Positions 1 to 12,678 of a DNA stretch of 64,000 bases are shown piece by piece (the first letter of the stretch is position 1; the number at the start of each line of letters is the position of its first letter). The position numbers and the translations under genes were made by a program. The stretch is from Heterodontus francisci (Eukaryota), in contig NW_027140825.1 in the NCBI RefSeq assembly GCF_036365525.1, positions 1,550,001-1,614,000 on the forward strand. Reading direction: 5' to 3'. Under the pieces are notes generated by a model that had not been told where the DNA came from, did no database searches, and worked only from the letters and a program-made list of their open reading frames with translations.

Positions 1-283
1 GACTGGGGGAGTGTGATACAGTGACTGAGTAGAGTGTGATACACTGTCTGAGGGGAGTGGAATGCAGTGACTGAAGGGAATATAATGCAGTGACTGAGGG
101 GATTGTGATACAGTGAGCTGAAGGGAGTGCGATGCAGCGACTGAGGAGAGTGTGATACAGCGACTGACGGGAGTGGGATACAGCGACTGAGGGGAGTGTG
201 ATACAGTGACTGAGGGGAATGTGATAAAGTGACTGAGGTGAGTGTAATGCAGTGACTGAGGTGACTGTGATAGAGACTGAGGG
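1..283 (+). repeat. ~23-bp minisatellite (GACTGAGGGGAGTGTGATACAGT)n, truncated by window start
   Basis: About 12 degenerate tandem copies visible. Confidence 0.85.
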
Positions 284-404
284 CAGGATGATGCTCAAAC
301 TCAGGAATCCGAGGAACAATCGACTAGAGAATCTACTGAGGTTTCATCCACTACCCACCGGGCTCTAGAAGCTAAGGTATCTGCTTTGTGGGGTTATCAT
401 CGCA

Positions 405-1265
405 GAATCATGGAATCAAAGACTGGTTACGGCACAGAAAGTTTCTGTTCAGCCCATCTTCACCGTGCCAGCTCTCTGGCAGTGCAACTCACCTACTCCC
501 ACTCCTGCCATTTTCCTGTCGCCCTGCAGATTTTTTCTGCCATGACAATTATCCAATTCCCTTTTGAAAGCCTCAATTAAACCTGCCTCCAGCACACTCT
601 CATGCAGTGCATTTCAGATCCTAACCACTCACTGTGTGAAAAGGTTTCCCTGTCTCTGTTGTGACTTTTACCACTCACCTAAAACCGTTGCTCTCTCGTT
701 CTGGATCCTCCCACCAAGAGGAACAGTTTTTCCCTGACTACTCTGTCCAGTTCCCTCTTGATTATGAACATCTTGCTCAAATCTCGTCTTAATCGTCTCT
801 TCTCCAGGGAGAACAGCCCCAGCTTCTCCGATCTATTCATGTCACTGACGTCCCTCATCCCGGGAACCATTCTGGTAAATCTTCTCTGCACCCTCTCGAA
901 TACCTTAACATCCTTCCTAAGTATTGACAGCTCTCTCGACCTGTCTTGCCACCTTCAATGATTTGTGCACATGTCCCCCCAGGTCCCACTGCCCCTGCAT
1001 CTCCTTTAGAATTGTATCCTTTATTTTATATTGCCTCTCGTTCGTCTGACCAAAAATGAATCACTTCACAATTCTCTGTGATAAATTTCATTTGCCAGTG
1101 TCTGCCCATCCCACCAGCCTGTCTATAACCTCCTGACGTCTATTGCTATCCTCCTCACAGTTCACAATACTTCCAGGTTTTGTGTCATCTGCAGATTTTG
1201 AAAGTGTGCCCTGTACGCCCCAGTCGATGTCATTAATATACATCAGGAACAACAGTGGTCTGAGC
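405..1265 (-). mobile_element. CR1-clade LINE fragments (RT and 3' end)
   Basis: Minus-strand ORFs QRRFTRMVPGM...LGLFSLEKRRLRRDL and LLFLMYIND...ADDTK. Confidence 0.85.
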
Positions 1266-1371
1266 ATTATTAGAGAGCAAAACATAGATGCACAGAGAAT
1301 TAGGAGGGACAGATAACAAAGGAGTCGATAAGAGTATCGTATGAGACGGGGACAGTGTAAGAGGAAAGGAG

Positions 1372-1615
1372 ATGAGCTGTAAATTCAGTTTAATGTGTGT
1401 GTATATGGATGCACGGAGAGTGGTAAATAAGGTTGTTGAGCTTCAGGCGCAGATAGCCACGTGGAAATATGATGTTGTGGCAATTACAGGGTCCTGGCTC
1501 GAAGAGGGGCAGGACTGGGTAGTGAATATTCCTGACTACAAGGTGTTCAGGAAAGAGAGGGGAGGAAGGAAAGGAGGAGGGGTATCAGTATTGATTAAGG
1601 GGAACATTACAGTGC
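1372..1615 (+). mobile_element. CR1 ORF2 apurinic endonuclease fragment
   Basis: ARRVVNKVVEL...YDVVAITGSWL...YKVFRKER...KGGGV matches the APE N-terminus. Confidence 0.8.
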
Positions 1616-3189
1616 TGTTTTCTTTTCTCACTCTTGTTCACACTCATTCCAGAAATCCCTTACTCTTTTCTGTCTCACACCTGTCGCCTTCCCTCCTTTT
1701 CTCTCACTCCTGCTCTCTGTTGTTCTCTGACTCCACTTTCCCCCTGCCGTTTCGCTGATCACTTTGATAATCTCGTGAGTTTTCTCTGTTAGTTTTTGTT
1801 TCTTGTTGGAGTAGTAACTGATTCTGCAGCCGATGATATCTTGTGTCTCCCCTCAGTAAAGGCTGGTATACATTGATTCAGTGTGTCGAGGGAGTTAGAT
1901 TACATACGAGAGGAGGTTCTGTGTTGAAACACTTCTGTCCACTCATCCAGCGTTCTGAATCCCAGTGAAATTCCTCTTGTCTTTATTTGATCCTCTCAGA
2001 CTCGGGGATTCCGTCTACTCCCGAGGAACCTCCCGACTCCCAGCCTGTTTCTGATGACGGTGGGAACGTTTCAGATCCTCCACATTTCAGGAATATTAAA
2101 TCGCTCCTGCTGTCTCAGTCTGGCACAAATATATCAGGACCGAGGGCCTCCAAACAGCTGTGTGATCGTTCTGTGTAGGGAAACCCATCGTTCTCACTCT
2201 CTCTCTGTCTCTCTCTCTGTCTTGTCTGTGCTGTCAGACAAGAGTTGCAATCACTTGTGTTCAGCATGAGTGGATACATTGGGAAACACAGAAACGTAAA
2301 CGTTCAGAAATTCCTTCAGAAATATCTTTGAGCTTCTATCTCACATCCCTCTCTCTGTAACTCTCAGTTTTATCTCTGTCTCTCTGTTTCTCCTTTATCT
2401 GCCTTTCACACGCATATATAAATATATTTCATTTCTGTAACCGCCTCTCTCCGATGTGGGTCTCAGTTTCTCCAGCTCCCTCTTTCGCCTCACTCTGTCT
2501 CCCACTCTCTCTGATGTTCTGTCTCCCTGTCTGTCTCTCTGACTCTCACTTTCTCTCTCTGTCTCTCTCACAGATGCTCTTTGTCTGTCTCTCTGTCTTT
2601 GTCTTTGTCAGAGGGACAGAGAGCATCAGAGAGAGAGAGAGAGAGTGAGAGTGATCGACAGAGACAGAGAAAAGGGCAGTGAGACTGGAGTAAACACGGA
2701 ATGCAAATGATCTTGGGAGATGGAACAAGAGGCAACAGAGAAGAGAGTGCAGGATAGAGGATGATAACACAGGGAGGGCAGATTAGAGACAAGACGAGTT
2801 GAGATAGAGAGAATAACAGAGACAGATGAACAAACGAGTGGTTGACAAACTGGAGGAAAGAGAGTTTAAATTAGAGAGGAGAGATCATTCGAAATACGTC
2901 CCGTGCCCTGTGCTAAACTCTGGGTGTGTTCAACCTGTTGATGTTGTGACTGTTGTGTTTAGATACCAAATACAAGAGGATTAATGTGAAGATCACTTCA
3001 ATGACTGATCTGGATGATGAAACTGCAAAGAGAATCGTTGTGGAGAGGGTCAGAGACTGCACTGTACTGAGGAGAAACACGGGAGACAACAGATCCTCCC
3101 CCTCACTGTCTGTATTCACTGAATGGGAACTCCAGGTCATTATTTAAACAGCTCTAATTCCCCCTCTGCTTATCTTCTGGTCCCCCAGA

Positions 3190-3372
3190 TCAGGCTTGTG
3201 AGGGGTTGAATGGGCTTCCTCCTGAGCCTGTGTGAAAGGCTGGAGAGGGGGTGAGGGGGCTGAATGGCCTTCTCCTGTTCCTGTGTAAGAACTCGAAAGA
3301 GGGGCTCAATGGCCTCCTCCTGTTCCTGTGTAACAGATTCGAGGGGATGAATGGCCTCCTCGTTGTACGGTA
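3190..3372 (+). repeat. Short tandem repeat derived from CR1 3' end (GGCTGAATGGCCTCCTCCTGTTCCTGTGTAA); inverted relative at ~10950-11112
   Basis: 3-4 degenerate copies; reverse-complement copies next to V1. Confidence 0.6.
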
Positions 3373-4519
3373 ACCTCTCTCTGATCTTCCCTCTCAATCT
3401 CCCCATTCTCTCTTTATGTCCTTTCTATCTCTGTCTCTTTCTCTGCCTCGCTCACCCACTCTGTATTTCTCTTTCTTTGTCTTTCTTTCTGTCTGTGTCT
3501 GACTCTCCCTCACTGCATCTCTGACGACCTCTCGCTCTCACGCCCTCTGTTTCTCTACCTCTGTCACAATCCATGTAGCTCTCCCACCCTCTCTCTCCTT
3601 CTCTCCCTCTATCTGAGTATCTTTGCCTCACCCTGTCTCTCACTGTCTTGCCCCCACCCTCTCTCCCGATCTCTGTCTGTATCCTCTCTGTCTCTTTCTA
3701 TTCACTCCTCCCCTTGCAGTAATACTCATCGTTTCTCCGCTCTGTGATGCAGATGAAGCACATGTTCCAGGATCAGTGTCCACACACGAAGCTCGAATTG
3801 AATCCAGAAGACGTTCAGTGCTCGGCTAGTGAGCCTGTGGAAGTGTGAAGGTGTTTGGACATGTCAACAAGCATCCGACACGTGTGATCCAGTCTCTGTG
3901 TGTTTTGCATCCTCACTCAATCACTGCACCATCTTATCTTCACCTTGTTTAACTCAAGGAAATTGTCAGCAAAGGGTTAATCTCCGACTAGAAGTATGCT
4001 AATGTTATACTGTAATTGGTGTGTCTTTATACTGCAGGGGTGTGGGAGCTTTAAGCTATTGCTTTGTTAAATAGAGAAGTACGATCCCATTTGTATACAG
4101 TGACCACTGGTCAGCTGAACCCAGACTAACCTGACAGCTCTGGCCAGTTTCAGGATGAAGTGATCTCAGGTTTAATGAGGGAGTTTCTTTAAAGATCTAC
4201 CATTGAGTAGAGGTCCCTAAGCTTCATGGAGCTGTCAGCACTGAGAATTGGGGCAAGGAAAACAGTTGGTCCTTGTCCAAGGAGAACCTCAGGGTAGATA
4301 ACATCTTTTAAATTGAGGGTTCATGCAGAATGGGGGATCGGTTGATGCTGAACTTTGCAGAATCAAAATATATTGAAAAGGAAAGCTTTCATTGAGTACA
4401 AAGCATTTATGTGTGGCATATGTCAAATGTTTAATAACAAAGGAAGGGAGTTATACTGAGCTCAGGAACCTAATGCTGACAACACTCCATCTCAATAACA
4501 CCTCTGTGAATGCTTCCAT

Positions 4520-5010
4520 TGTCTCTGCTCTGCCACACTGCTTGTCTAACATCCAATACTGGATGAGCAGCTATTTTCTCCGACTAAATATTGGGAAGAC
4601 TGAAGCCAATGTCTGTGGTCCCCGACACAAATGTCATTCTTGGACCACCGACACCATCTCTGGTACCTGTCTGAAACTGATCAAGACAGTTTTTAGCCTT
4701 TGTTGTTGTGTTTGACCCCGAGATGAGTTTCCGACCACATATCCACACCATCACCAAGACTGTCCATTTCCACCTCCATACCATCTCTCGACTCCGCCCC
4801 TGCTTCAGCTCATCTGCTGCTGGAACCCTCATCAGTGCCTCTGTTACCTCCAGACTGGACTATTCCAATACTCTCCTGGCCAACCGCACATCTTTCACAC
4901 TTCCTGATCTTATCCTCATACAAACATTTGCTGCCTGTGTCTTCACTCACTCCGAAACCTGTTCACCCATAACCCCTGGAACTATTGCCATTCACTGACT
5001 CCCTGCTCCT
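4520..5010 (+). mobile_element. L2-clade LINE RT/C-terminal fragment
   Basis: WMSSYFLRLNIGKTE; FDPEMSFRPHI...VTSRLDYSN. Confidence 0.8.
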
Positions 5011-5559
5011 CTCCAATTTCCCAATATTAACATCCTGATCAGTCTGTTGAACTGTTGTGAAATGACTCATTGGTCACAACTCTCTGGTGCAACAATGTAA
5101 AACGTCTGCAATAAGTGAACATGGCTGTGTATCTTCCATTGATGGACATTCAAACAAGGAGTGCTGCAGCATGGAAAGGCCTTTTAACTTGTTTGACTCC
5201 CTGACCACCCAGTGTGATTGTAAATCTGATTGTAAACTGTGTGTTTAAAGTTTTATTGCATTCTCTGTCTGCTCAATATATCTATGAACGCTAAACCTGA
5301 CCGTCTCAAGAAGCTGATTGATTTTGCTGGAATGGCTTTCCCATCTGATCATGGAAATCCAGTGTTTTTTTGTTCTGGGAGGGAACACTCACTGTTAAAT
5401 GATTGCTGAGGGCTGAGATCAGAAGGGATGTGACTGTACGTGGTGGGACTGCCCAGCATTCCCCAAACCTTGTGCTACTCCATTCTATTCTGGTCTGTGC
5501 TTCCACCCTGGATAATCCAGCTCATTCAAGGCCTGACAGAGGAAAATGAGAAATCCTGA

Positions 5560-6735
5560 CCTTTCAAAAGGCATTTGATACAGTTCCACACATCAGACTT
5601 GTGAGCAAACATGTAGCTCTTGGAATGCATAGGACGGTAGCAACATGGATTACGAAATTGGCTGAGTGACAGGAAACAGAGAATAGTGGATAATGGATGT
5701 TTTTCGGACTGGAGAAAGGTTTGTAGTGGACTTCCCCAGGGATCAGTGTTGGGACCCTTGCTTTTCCTGATATATATTAATGTCCTGGACCTCGGAGTAC
5801 AGGGCACAATTTCAAAATTTGCAGATGAGACGAAACTTGGAAGCATTGTGAACTGTGAGGAGGATAGTGTAGAACTTCACAAGGACAGAGACAAGTTGGT
5901 GGAATGGGCGGACAAGTGACAGATGAGGTTCAATGTGGAGAAATGTGAAGTGATTAATTTTGTTAGGAAGAACATGGAGAGAAAATATAGAATCGAGGTT
6001 ACAATTCTAAAGGGGGTGAAGGAGCAGAGAGACCTGTGTGTATCAGTGCATAAGTCATTGAAGATGGCAGGAAGGATTGCGAGAGTGGTTGATAAAGCAT
6101 ACAGTATCCTGGGCTATATTAATAGGGGCATAGATTACAAGAGCAAGGAAGTTATGTTGAACCCGTATAAGACACTAGTTTGTCCTCAGCTGGAGTATTG
6201 CCTCCAATTCTAGGTGTTGCACTTGAGAAAAGATGTGAGGGCATTTGAGAGAGTACAGACGAGATTCACAAGAATGGTTCCAGGTATGAGGAATTTCAGT
6301 TATGAAGATAGATTGGAGAAGTTTGGACTGTTTTCCTTGGAGAGGAGAAGGCTGGGAGGTGATTTGAGAGAGCTATTCAAAATCATGAGGGGCCTGGACA
6401 GAGTAGACACTGTTCCCACTCGTGAAATTATCGAGAACGAGAGGGCACAGATTTAAAGTATTTGGTAAGAGAAGCAAAGGTGACATGGGGAAACAAGTTT
6501 TCATGCAGCGAGTGGTTAAGGTCTGGAATGCGCTGCCTGGGAACATGGTGGAGGCAGATTCAACTGAAACATTTAAAATAAAATTAGACAGTTACATGAA
6601 ATGGAAGAATTTGCAGGGTTACAGGAAGAGGCCGGGGGAGTGGAACTGAGGGAGTTGCACTTTCAGAGAGCCGGTGCAGACACGATGGGCCGAATGGCCT
6701 CCTTCTGCGTGGTCACAATTCTGTGATTCTTTGAT
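5560..6735 (+). mobile_element. CR1 LINE, decayed RT through 3' UTR
   Basis: PQGSVLGPLLFLIYIN, FADETK, FNVEKC, with in-frame stops; 3' UTR GGGCCGAATGGCCTCCT. Confidence 0.9.
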
Positions 6736-6739
6736 TATT

Positions 6740-7172
6740 ATGAGGAATGTTTGAAGAGGTTGGGCAGATACTCATTGGAGTTTAGAAAAATGAGCCACGT
6801 AAGATTCTGAGGGGGCTTGACTGTGTAGATGCTGAGTGGATGTTCCTTCTCGTTGGGGAATCTAGAACTAGGCGTAACAATTTCAGAATAAGGGCCTCTC
6901 CCATTTAAGACGGAGATGAGGAGGATATTTTTCTCTCAGAGGATTGTGAGTCTGTGGAACTCCGTTCCCTGGAGAGCAACGGAGGCTGGGTCATTGAATA
7001 TATTCAAGCCTGAGTTTGACAGATTTTGATTCTACAAGGGAGTCGGGGTTATAGTGGGCAGAAAGGAAAGTGGAGTTGAAGCTGCAATCAGATCAGTCAT
7101 GAACTTATAGAATGGCTGAGCAGGCTCGAGGGGCCGAATGGCCTACTCCTTGCACCCATTTCGTATAATCTT
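6740..7172 (+). mobile_element. Second CR1 3'-end fragment
   Basis: TTTTTCTCTCAGAGGATTGTGAGTCTGTGGAA and GGGCCGAATGGCCTACTCCT tail. Confidence 0.75.
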
Positions 7173-7849
7173 ACTGAATGCCCAATTCAATATCGGGGTA
7201 GTTAAAGTCTCAAATCATCACATATTTTTTTTCACCCCTCAGTTATTTCTTTACAGCTCTGCTCCTCTATGTCCTTCCTGCTCTATGGCAGCTGATAAAA
7301 TACCTGCAAAGTAAAAATGTTTGTCAGAAGATGCTCACAGTCGGAGAACAGTGGACTGTTCATATCAGGGGCACAGACAAGATCTCCCACAGGCCACAGG
7401 TACACATTCAGCAACATATGCAAACAACAATGAGCAAAGCCAGAGAGCTGGGAGAAGGCTTTTGTAGGCAGGACACGCGACATTGTGAGGCCCCTGAGCA
7501 GATATCAATGTCCCTGCTGCTGTGCCCCTGACATTGGGACTGCAATGAATTTGCATTTACAGTCAAGCATTGCCCAGATTACATTGCAGAAAGATGAATG
7601 AATTCTGCCCACTTGAGGGAGTTATTGAGAGAACCCTCGCCCATGACTGACACATTGCACCAATGGGAAAATACTGCAGATGCTGGAACTCTGAAACACA
7701 AACAGAATATTGAGTAGGTCTGGCAGCATTTGTGGAGAGAGAAACAGAGTTAACGTTTCAGCTTGGTCAGCCTTCTTCAGAACGGCAATGGTGAGAGATG
7801 GTACAGATGTTAATAAAGTACAGAGGCAGGGAAAGGGACAAAACAGCAA

Positions 7850-9905
7850 TTTATAATACTCTCGCACCTTTAACGTAATAAAACCTGCCAAGGCTCTTCA
7901 CAGGAGCATTATAAACACAGTATGAAACTGAGTGACATAAGGAAAGATTCGGTCAGACAATCAAAATCTCAGTCAAAGAGGTAAGTTTTAAGGAGAATTT
8001 TAAATTGAAAAGTGAGGTGGAGAGGCGGAGAGGTGTAGTGAAGCAATTCCAGAGCTTAGGCCGCAGGCAACTGAAGGTGTGACCACCAATGGTTGAACAA
8101 TTAAGGTCGGGGATGCTTAAAGGGCCAGAATTAGAGGAGTGCAGAGATTCCGGAAGGTTGTAGAGGCTGGAGGACGTTACAGCGATAGGGAGGGCTGTAG
8201 GTGCTGGTGAAGGTTACAGAGAGAGGGATGGCTGTCGGAGTTGGTGGATGTTACAGAGATAGGGAGGGTTGTAGGAGCTGGTGGAGGTTAAAGAGATAGG
8301 GAGTGCTGTTGGAGCTGGTGGAGGTTACAGAGATAGGGAGTGCTGTAGGAGCTGTTGGATATTACAGAGATAGGGAGGGTTGTAGAGACTGGTGGAGATT
8401 ACAGAGATAGGGAGGGGTGTTGGAGATGGTGGAGGTTACAGAGATAGGGAGGGTTGTGGAGACTGGTGGAGGTTACAGAGATAGGGAGGGTTGTAGGAGC
8501 TGGAGGAGGTTAACGCGATAGGGAGTGTTGTAGAGACTGGTGGAGGTTACAGAGATAGGGAGAGCTGTACGAGCTTGTGGATGTTACAGAGATAGGGTGG
8601 GTTGTTGGAGCTGGAGGAGGTTAACGCGATAGGGAGGGTTGTAGAGACTGGTGGAGGTTACAGAGATAGGGAGAGCTGTACGAGCTGGTGGAGGTTACAG
8701 AGATAGGGAGGGTTGTAGAGACTGGTGGAGGTTACAGAGATAGGGAGAGTTGTAGAGACTGGTGGTGATTACAGAGATAAGGAGGATTGTTGGAGCTGGT
8801 GGAGGTTACAGAGATAGGGAGGGCTGTAGGAGCTGGAGGAGGTTAACGCGATTGGAAGGGTTGTAGAGACTGGTGGAGGCTACAGAGATAGGGAGGATTG
8901 TTGGAGCTGGTGGAGGTTACAGAGATAGGGAGGGCTGTAGGAGATGAGGAGGTTAACGTGATAGGGAGGGTTGTAGAGACTGGTGGAGGTTACAGAGATA
9001 GGGAGGGCTGTAGGAGCTGGAGGAGGTTAACGCGATTGGAAGGGTTGTAGAGACTGGTGGAGGCTACAGAGATAGGGAGGATTGTTGGAGCTGGTGGAGG
9101 TTACAGAGATAGGGAGGGCTGTCGGAGCTGGAGGAGGTTAACGCGATTGGAAGGGTTGGAGAGACTGGTGGAGGCTACAGAGATAGGGAGGATTGTTGGA
9201 GCTGGTGGAGGTTACAGAGATTGGGAGGGCTGTAGGAGCTGGAGGAGGTTAACGCGATAGGGAGGGTTGTAGAGACTGGTGCAGGTTACAGAGATAGGGA
9301 GGGCTGTAGGAGCTGGTGGATGTTACAGAGATAGGGAGGGCTGTAGGAGCTGAGGAGGTTAACGCAATAGGGAGGGTTGTAGAGACTGGTGCAGGTTACA
9401 GAGATAGGGAGGGCTGTAGAAGGTCAACGCGATAGGGAGGGGAAGGGCCATGGGGGATTTGAGGACAAGGACGAGAAACTTAAAATGTGGATGTTGCTTG
9501 ACTGGGAGACAATGCAGGGCAGTGAGAGCAGGAGTGACAGGGGATCAGGACTTGGAGCAACTTAAGACACAGGCAGAAGAGTTTTAGATGACCTCAGGTT
9601 TACAGAAATTGGGTGAGCATCAGGACTGCCTTGACATTGTCAAGTCCAGAGCTGACAATGTCTTGAATGAGGGTTTCAGCCACATTTCAGCTGAAATTGG
9701 GGCGCGTTCGGGTGATCTTACAGAGGTGGAAATGTGCAGCGTTAGTGATGGTGCCTACATGAGGTCAGAAGCGCATCTCGGCGTCAAATGTGGCACCAGG
9801 ATTTCGAACAGACTGGCTTAAACTCAGATCGCTGCCGGGGAGAGAGGTAGAGTCAGTAGTTAAGGAATGGAGTTTGGAGCGGAAACTGAAAACAGTAGCT
9901 TCAGT
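7850..9905 (-). mobile_element. L2-clade LINE 3' portion interrupted by an internal tandem expansion
   Basis: Minus strand SVRNPGATFDAEM resembles the element at 4520-5010; 3' part lies on the other side of the array. Confidence 0.65.
8160..9440. repeat. 37-bp minisatellite (GGTGGAGGTTACAGAGATAGGGAGGGTTGTAGGAGCT)n, ~34 copies
   Basis: Period 37 measured (8281 vs 8318). Confidence 0.9.
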
Positions 9906-9909
9906 TATG

Positions 9910-10946
9910 AGGGCAGTACTGAGGGAGTGCTGCACTGTCGTAGGGTCAGTACTGAGAGAGTGCTGTACTGTCAGAGGGTCAATACTGAGGGAGTGCTGCA
10001 CTGTCAGAGGGTCTGTACTGAGGGAGTGCTGCACTGTTGGAAGGTCAGTACTGAGGGAGCGCTTCACTCACAGAGGGTCAGTACTGAGGGAGTGCTGCAC
10101 TGTTAGAGGGTCAGGACTGAGGGTGTGCGGCACTGTCGGAGGGTCAGTACTGAGTGAGTGCTGCACTGTGACAGGGCCAGTACTGAGGGAGTGCTGCACT
10201 GACAGAGGGTCAGTACTGAGTGAGTGCTGCACTGTCAGAGGGGAAAACTGAGGGAGTGCTGCACTGTCGGAGGGTCAGTACGGAGGGAGTGCTGCACTGT
10301 CCGAGGGTCAGTACTGAGTGAGTGCTGCACTGTCAGAGGGGCTAACTGAGGGAGTGCAGCACTCTGCGAGGGTCAGAACTGAGGGAGTGCTGCACTGTCA
10401 GAGGGACAAACTGAGGGAGTGCTGCACTGTTAGAGGGTCAGTACTGAGTGAGTGCTGTACTGTCAGAGGGTCAGTACTGAGGGAGTGCTGCACTGTCAGT
10501 GGATCAGTACTGAGGGAGTGCTGCACTGTGAGAGGAGCAGTACTGAGTGAGTGCTGCACTGTCAAGGGTCAGTACTGAGTGAGTGCTGTACTGTCAGAGG
10601 GTCAGTACTGAGGGAGTGCTGCACTGTCAGAGGGTCAGTACTGAGGGAGTGCTGCACAGTTATTGGGGCAGTACTGAGTGAGTGCTGCACTGTCAGAGGG
10701 TCAGTACTGAGGGAGTGCTGCCCTGTCAGAGGAGCAGTACTGAGTTAGTGCTGCACTGTCAGAGGGTCAGTACTGAGTGAGTGCTGTACTGTCAGAGGGT
10801 CAGTACTGAGGGAGTGCTGCACTGTGAGAGCAGCAGTACTGAGTGAGTGCTGCACTGTCAAGGGTCAGTACCGAGGGAGTGCTGCCCTGTCAGAGGAGCA
10901 GTACTGAGTGAGTGCTGCACTGTCAGAGGGTCAGTACTGAGGGAGT
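9910..10946. repeat. 33-bp minisatellite (CAGTACTGAGGGAGTGCTGCACTGTCAGAGGGT)n, ~31 copies, DeuSINE-domain-like
   Basis: Clear tandem copies; produces spurious VLRECCTV ORFs. Confidence 0.9.
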
Positions 10947-11111
10947 CCATAAAGCCACTCCGTCGACCCTGTTATGCAGGAACAGCAGGAGGCCCTTTCA
11001 GTCCCTCTGTCGGGACTGTTACGCAGGCACAGCAGGAGACCCATTCAGCCCCTCTGTCGAGCCTGTTACACAGGAACAGGTGGAGGCCCATTCATCCCCT
11101 CTGTCGAGCCT

Positions 11112-11433
11112 GTGCATGGTACCAGGATCACTCAGATGTACTGGGACAGACAATATCTGGGGAAGGAGCCGCAGCTGATGTTTTACTCCCTAACTGCACA
11201 AAGGGTGAACTCAGAGGGGACAGTGGAGCAGTACCCTCTGCATGTACTGGTACAGACAAGATCTGGGGAAGAAGCCGCTGTTGATGTTTTACTCCAATAC
11301 TGCTAACTATGTGGATCCAGAGGGGATGGTGGACCATTTTACTGCCGAGAGACCGACTGACTCCGAGTACAACCTGGAGTCCTCCAGCCTGCGGGAGAAT
11401 CACTCGGCCTTGTATTTCTGTGCCTGAAGACAT
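11112..11433 (+). pseudogene. TRBV: V1: chimeric 5'-truncated TCR beta V pseudogene (family A)
   Basis: No leader/FR1; FR2-CDR2 present twice (MYWDRQ..SLTAQ then MYWYRQ..SNTANY); CA-TGA stop at 11425. Confidence 0.9.
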
Positions 11434-11472
11434 CACAGTGACTCAGCGGGATGGAGCTGTTCAACAAAAACC
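11434..11472 (+). other. 23-RSS of V1
   Basis: CACAGTG-23 bp-ACAAAAACC. Confidence 0.95.
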
Positions 11473-12182
11473 CAAAAGGCTGCAGGAAACACCTGTTTCA
11501 GATAAAATTGCTCTGTGGCCCTTATGCAGAGTGAAAGCGTTTATTACAATAAAAAGAACTGAGTTATGATTGTAGTGACAAATTGAATTTACAGGTACTG
11601 GCGAGGGTGCAAAGAACGATGAATAAGGATGTCACGAGATAGGGAGACAAAGATAGCGTCAAAGACAGCGAGACAGCAAGAGAGACATAATGAGAGAGAG
11701 AGATCGACAGAGTGGACAGCGGGAGAGAGGAGGAGAGAAAGAGAGACTGAGATTTAAAAAAAACAAAGCCTGAGACAGATAGGGCGATAGAGATAGAGAC
11801 AAACACAGTGACAGAGAAAGAACTAAAGAGATAGCAAAACTAAGAAATTGGGAGAGAGAGAGAGAGAGTCAGAGAGAGACGGAGAGAGTGGAAGGTAAAC
11901 TGAGAGAGAGAGATAGTCAGAGAGAGGGAGACAGCGAAAGGTAAACTGAGAGAGAGGGAGAGAGTGGAAGGTAAACTGAGAGAAAGAGAGAGAAGTAGAT
12001 TGGCAAACAATTTGATTGTGATTTGTTCACCTGGGGGAATGGGCGTCTCCAACATTGTATCACTTCCTAATGCTCTTCATGTTCCTCCCAATGATTTGTA
12101 AAGAGTGGATTTGGACCCTCACAAGACTCTAAGCTCCTGATCTCACTCCTATGTCTATTAATAGAACAAGTTGAAGTGAAAG

Positions 12183-12639
12183 ATGTATCAGTTACTGTGT
12201 CTGAGAATCCTGTTTCATTGTATGTGAGTGTGAAATGCAAAAAATTATTGTTAATAACCTTCCTCTCCTCTCTCTGTCTCCCTTTCATTCCCAGAAGTTC
12301 CCTGTTTACTGATATCCTCCTCTCTCCATCTCTCTCCCAGATGTGAACTCACAGACTATCCACCAGATTCCTGCCGCTGTCTCCAGATTACCCGGGAAAG
12401 GAGTGGAACTGAGGTGCACTCTGGAGGGGAGCAGCAGTATCATCTCCATGTACTGGTACAGACAAGAGCCGGGGAAGGAGCCGCTGCTGATGTTTTACTC
12501 CAGTATTGCTAACTATGTGGATCCAGAGGGGACGGTGGGCGGTTTCACTGTGGAGAGACCGACTGACTCCCAGTTCAACCTGGAGACCTCCAGCCTGCAG
12601 GAGAATCACTCGGCCGTGTATCTCTGAGCCTGGAGTCTT
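12183..12639 (+). pseudogene. TRBV: V2: TCR beta V pseudogene (family A); leader 12183-12219, V exon 12341-12639
   Basis: SQTIHQ..C..WYRQ; second Cys codon is TGA (12625). Confidence 0.93.
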
Positions 12640-12678
12640 CACACTGACTCAGAGAGATGGAGAAGTTCAAGAAAAACC
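12640..12678 (+). other. Degenerate 23-RSS of V2
   Basis: CACACTG-23-AGAAAAACC. Confidence 0.9.

Noticed and set aside
9790-10946. Cys-rich VLRECCTV ORFs and CACTGTG heptamer-like words
   Set aside because: 33-bp minisatellite translation; no nonamer at 12/23 spacing noticed
1-11100. Trypsinogen/MOXD2/EPHB6 exons expected near TRB loci
   Set aside because: No recognisable motifs in the ORF track or by eye
12388-12642. Recurrent antisense ORFs over V exons (MKTPG.EIHGRVIL...)
   Set aside because: Shadow frames of the duplicated V exons; no independent splice or start evidence
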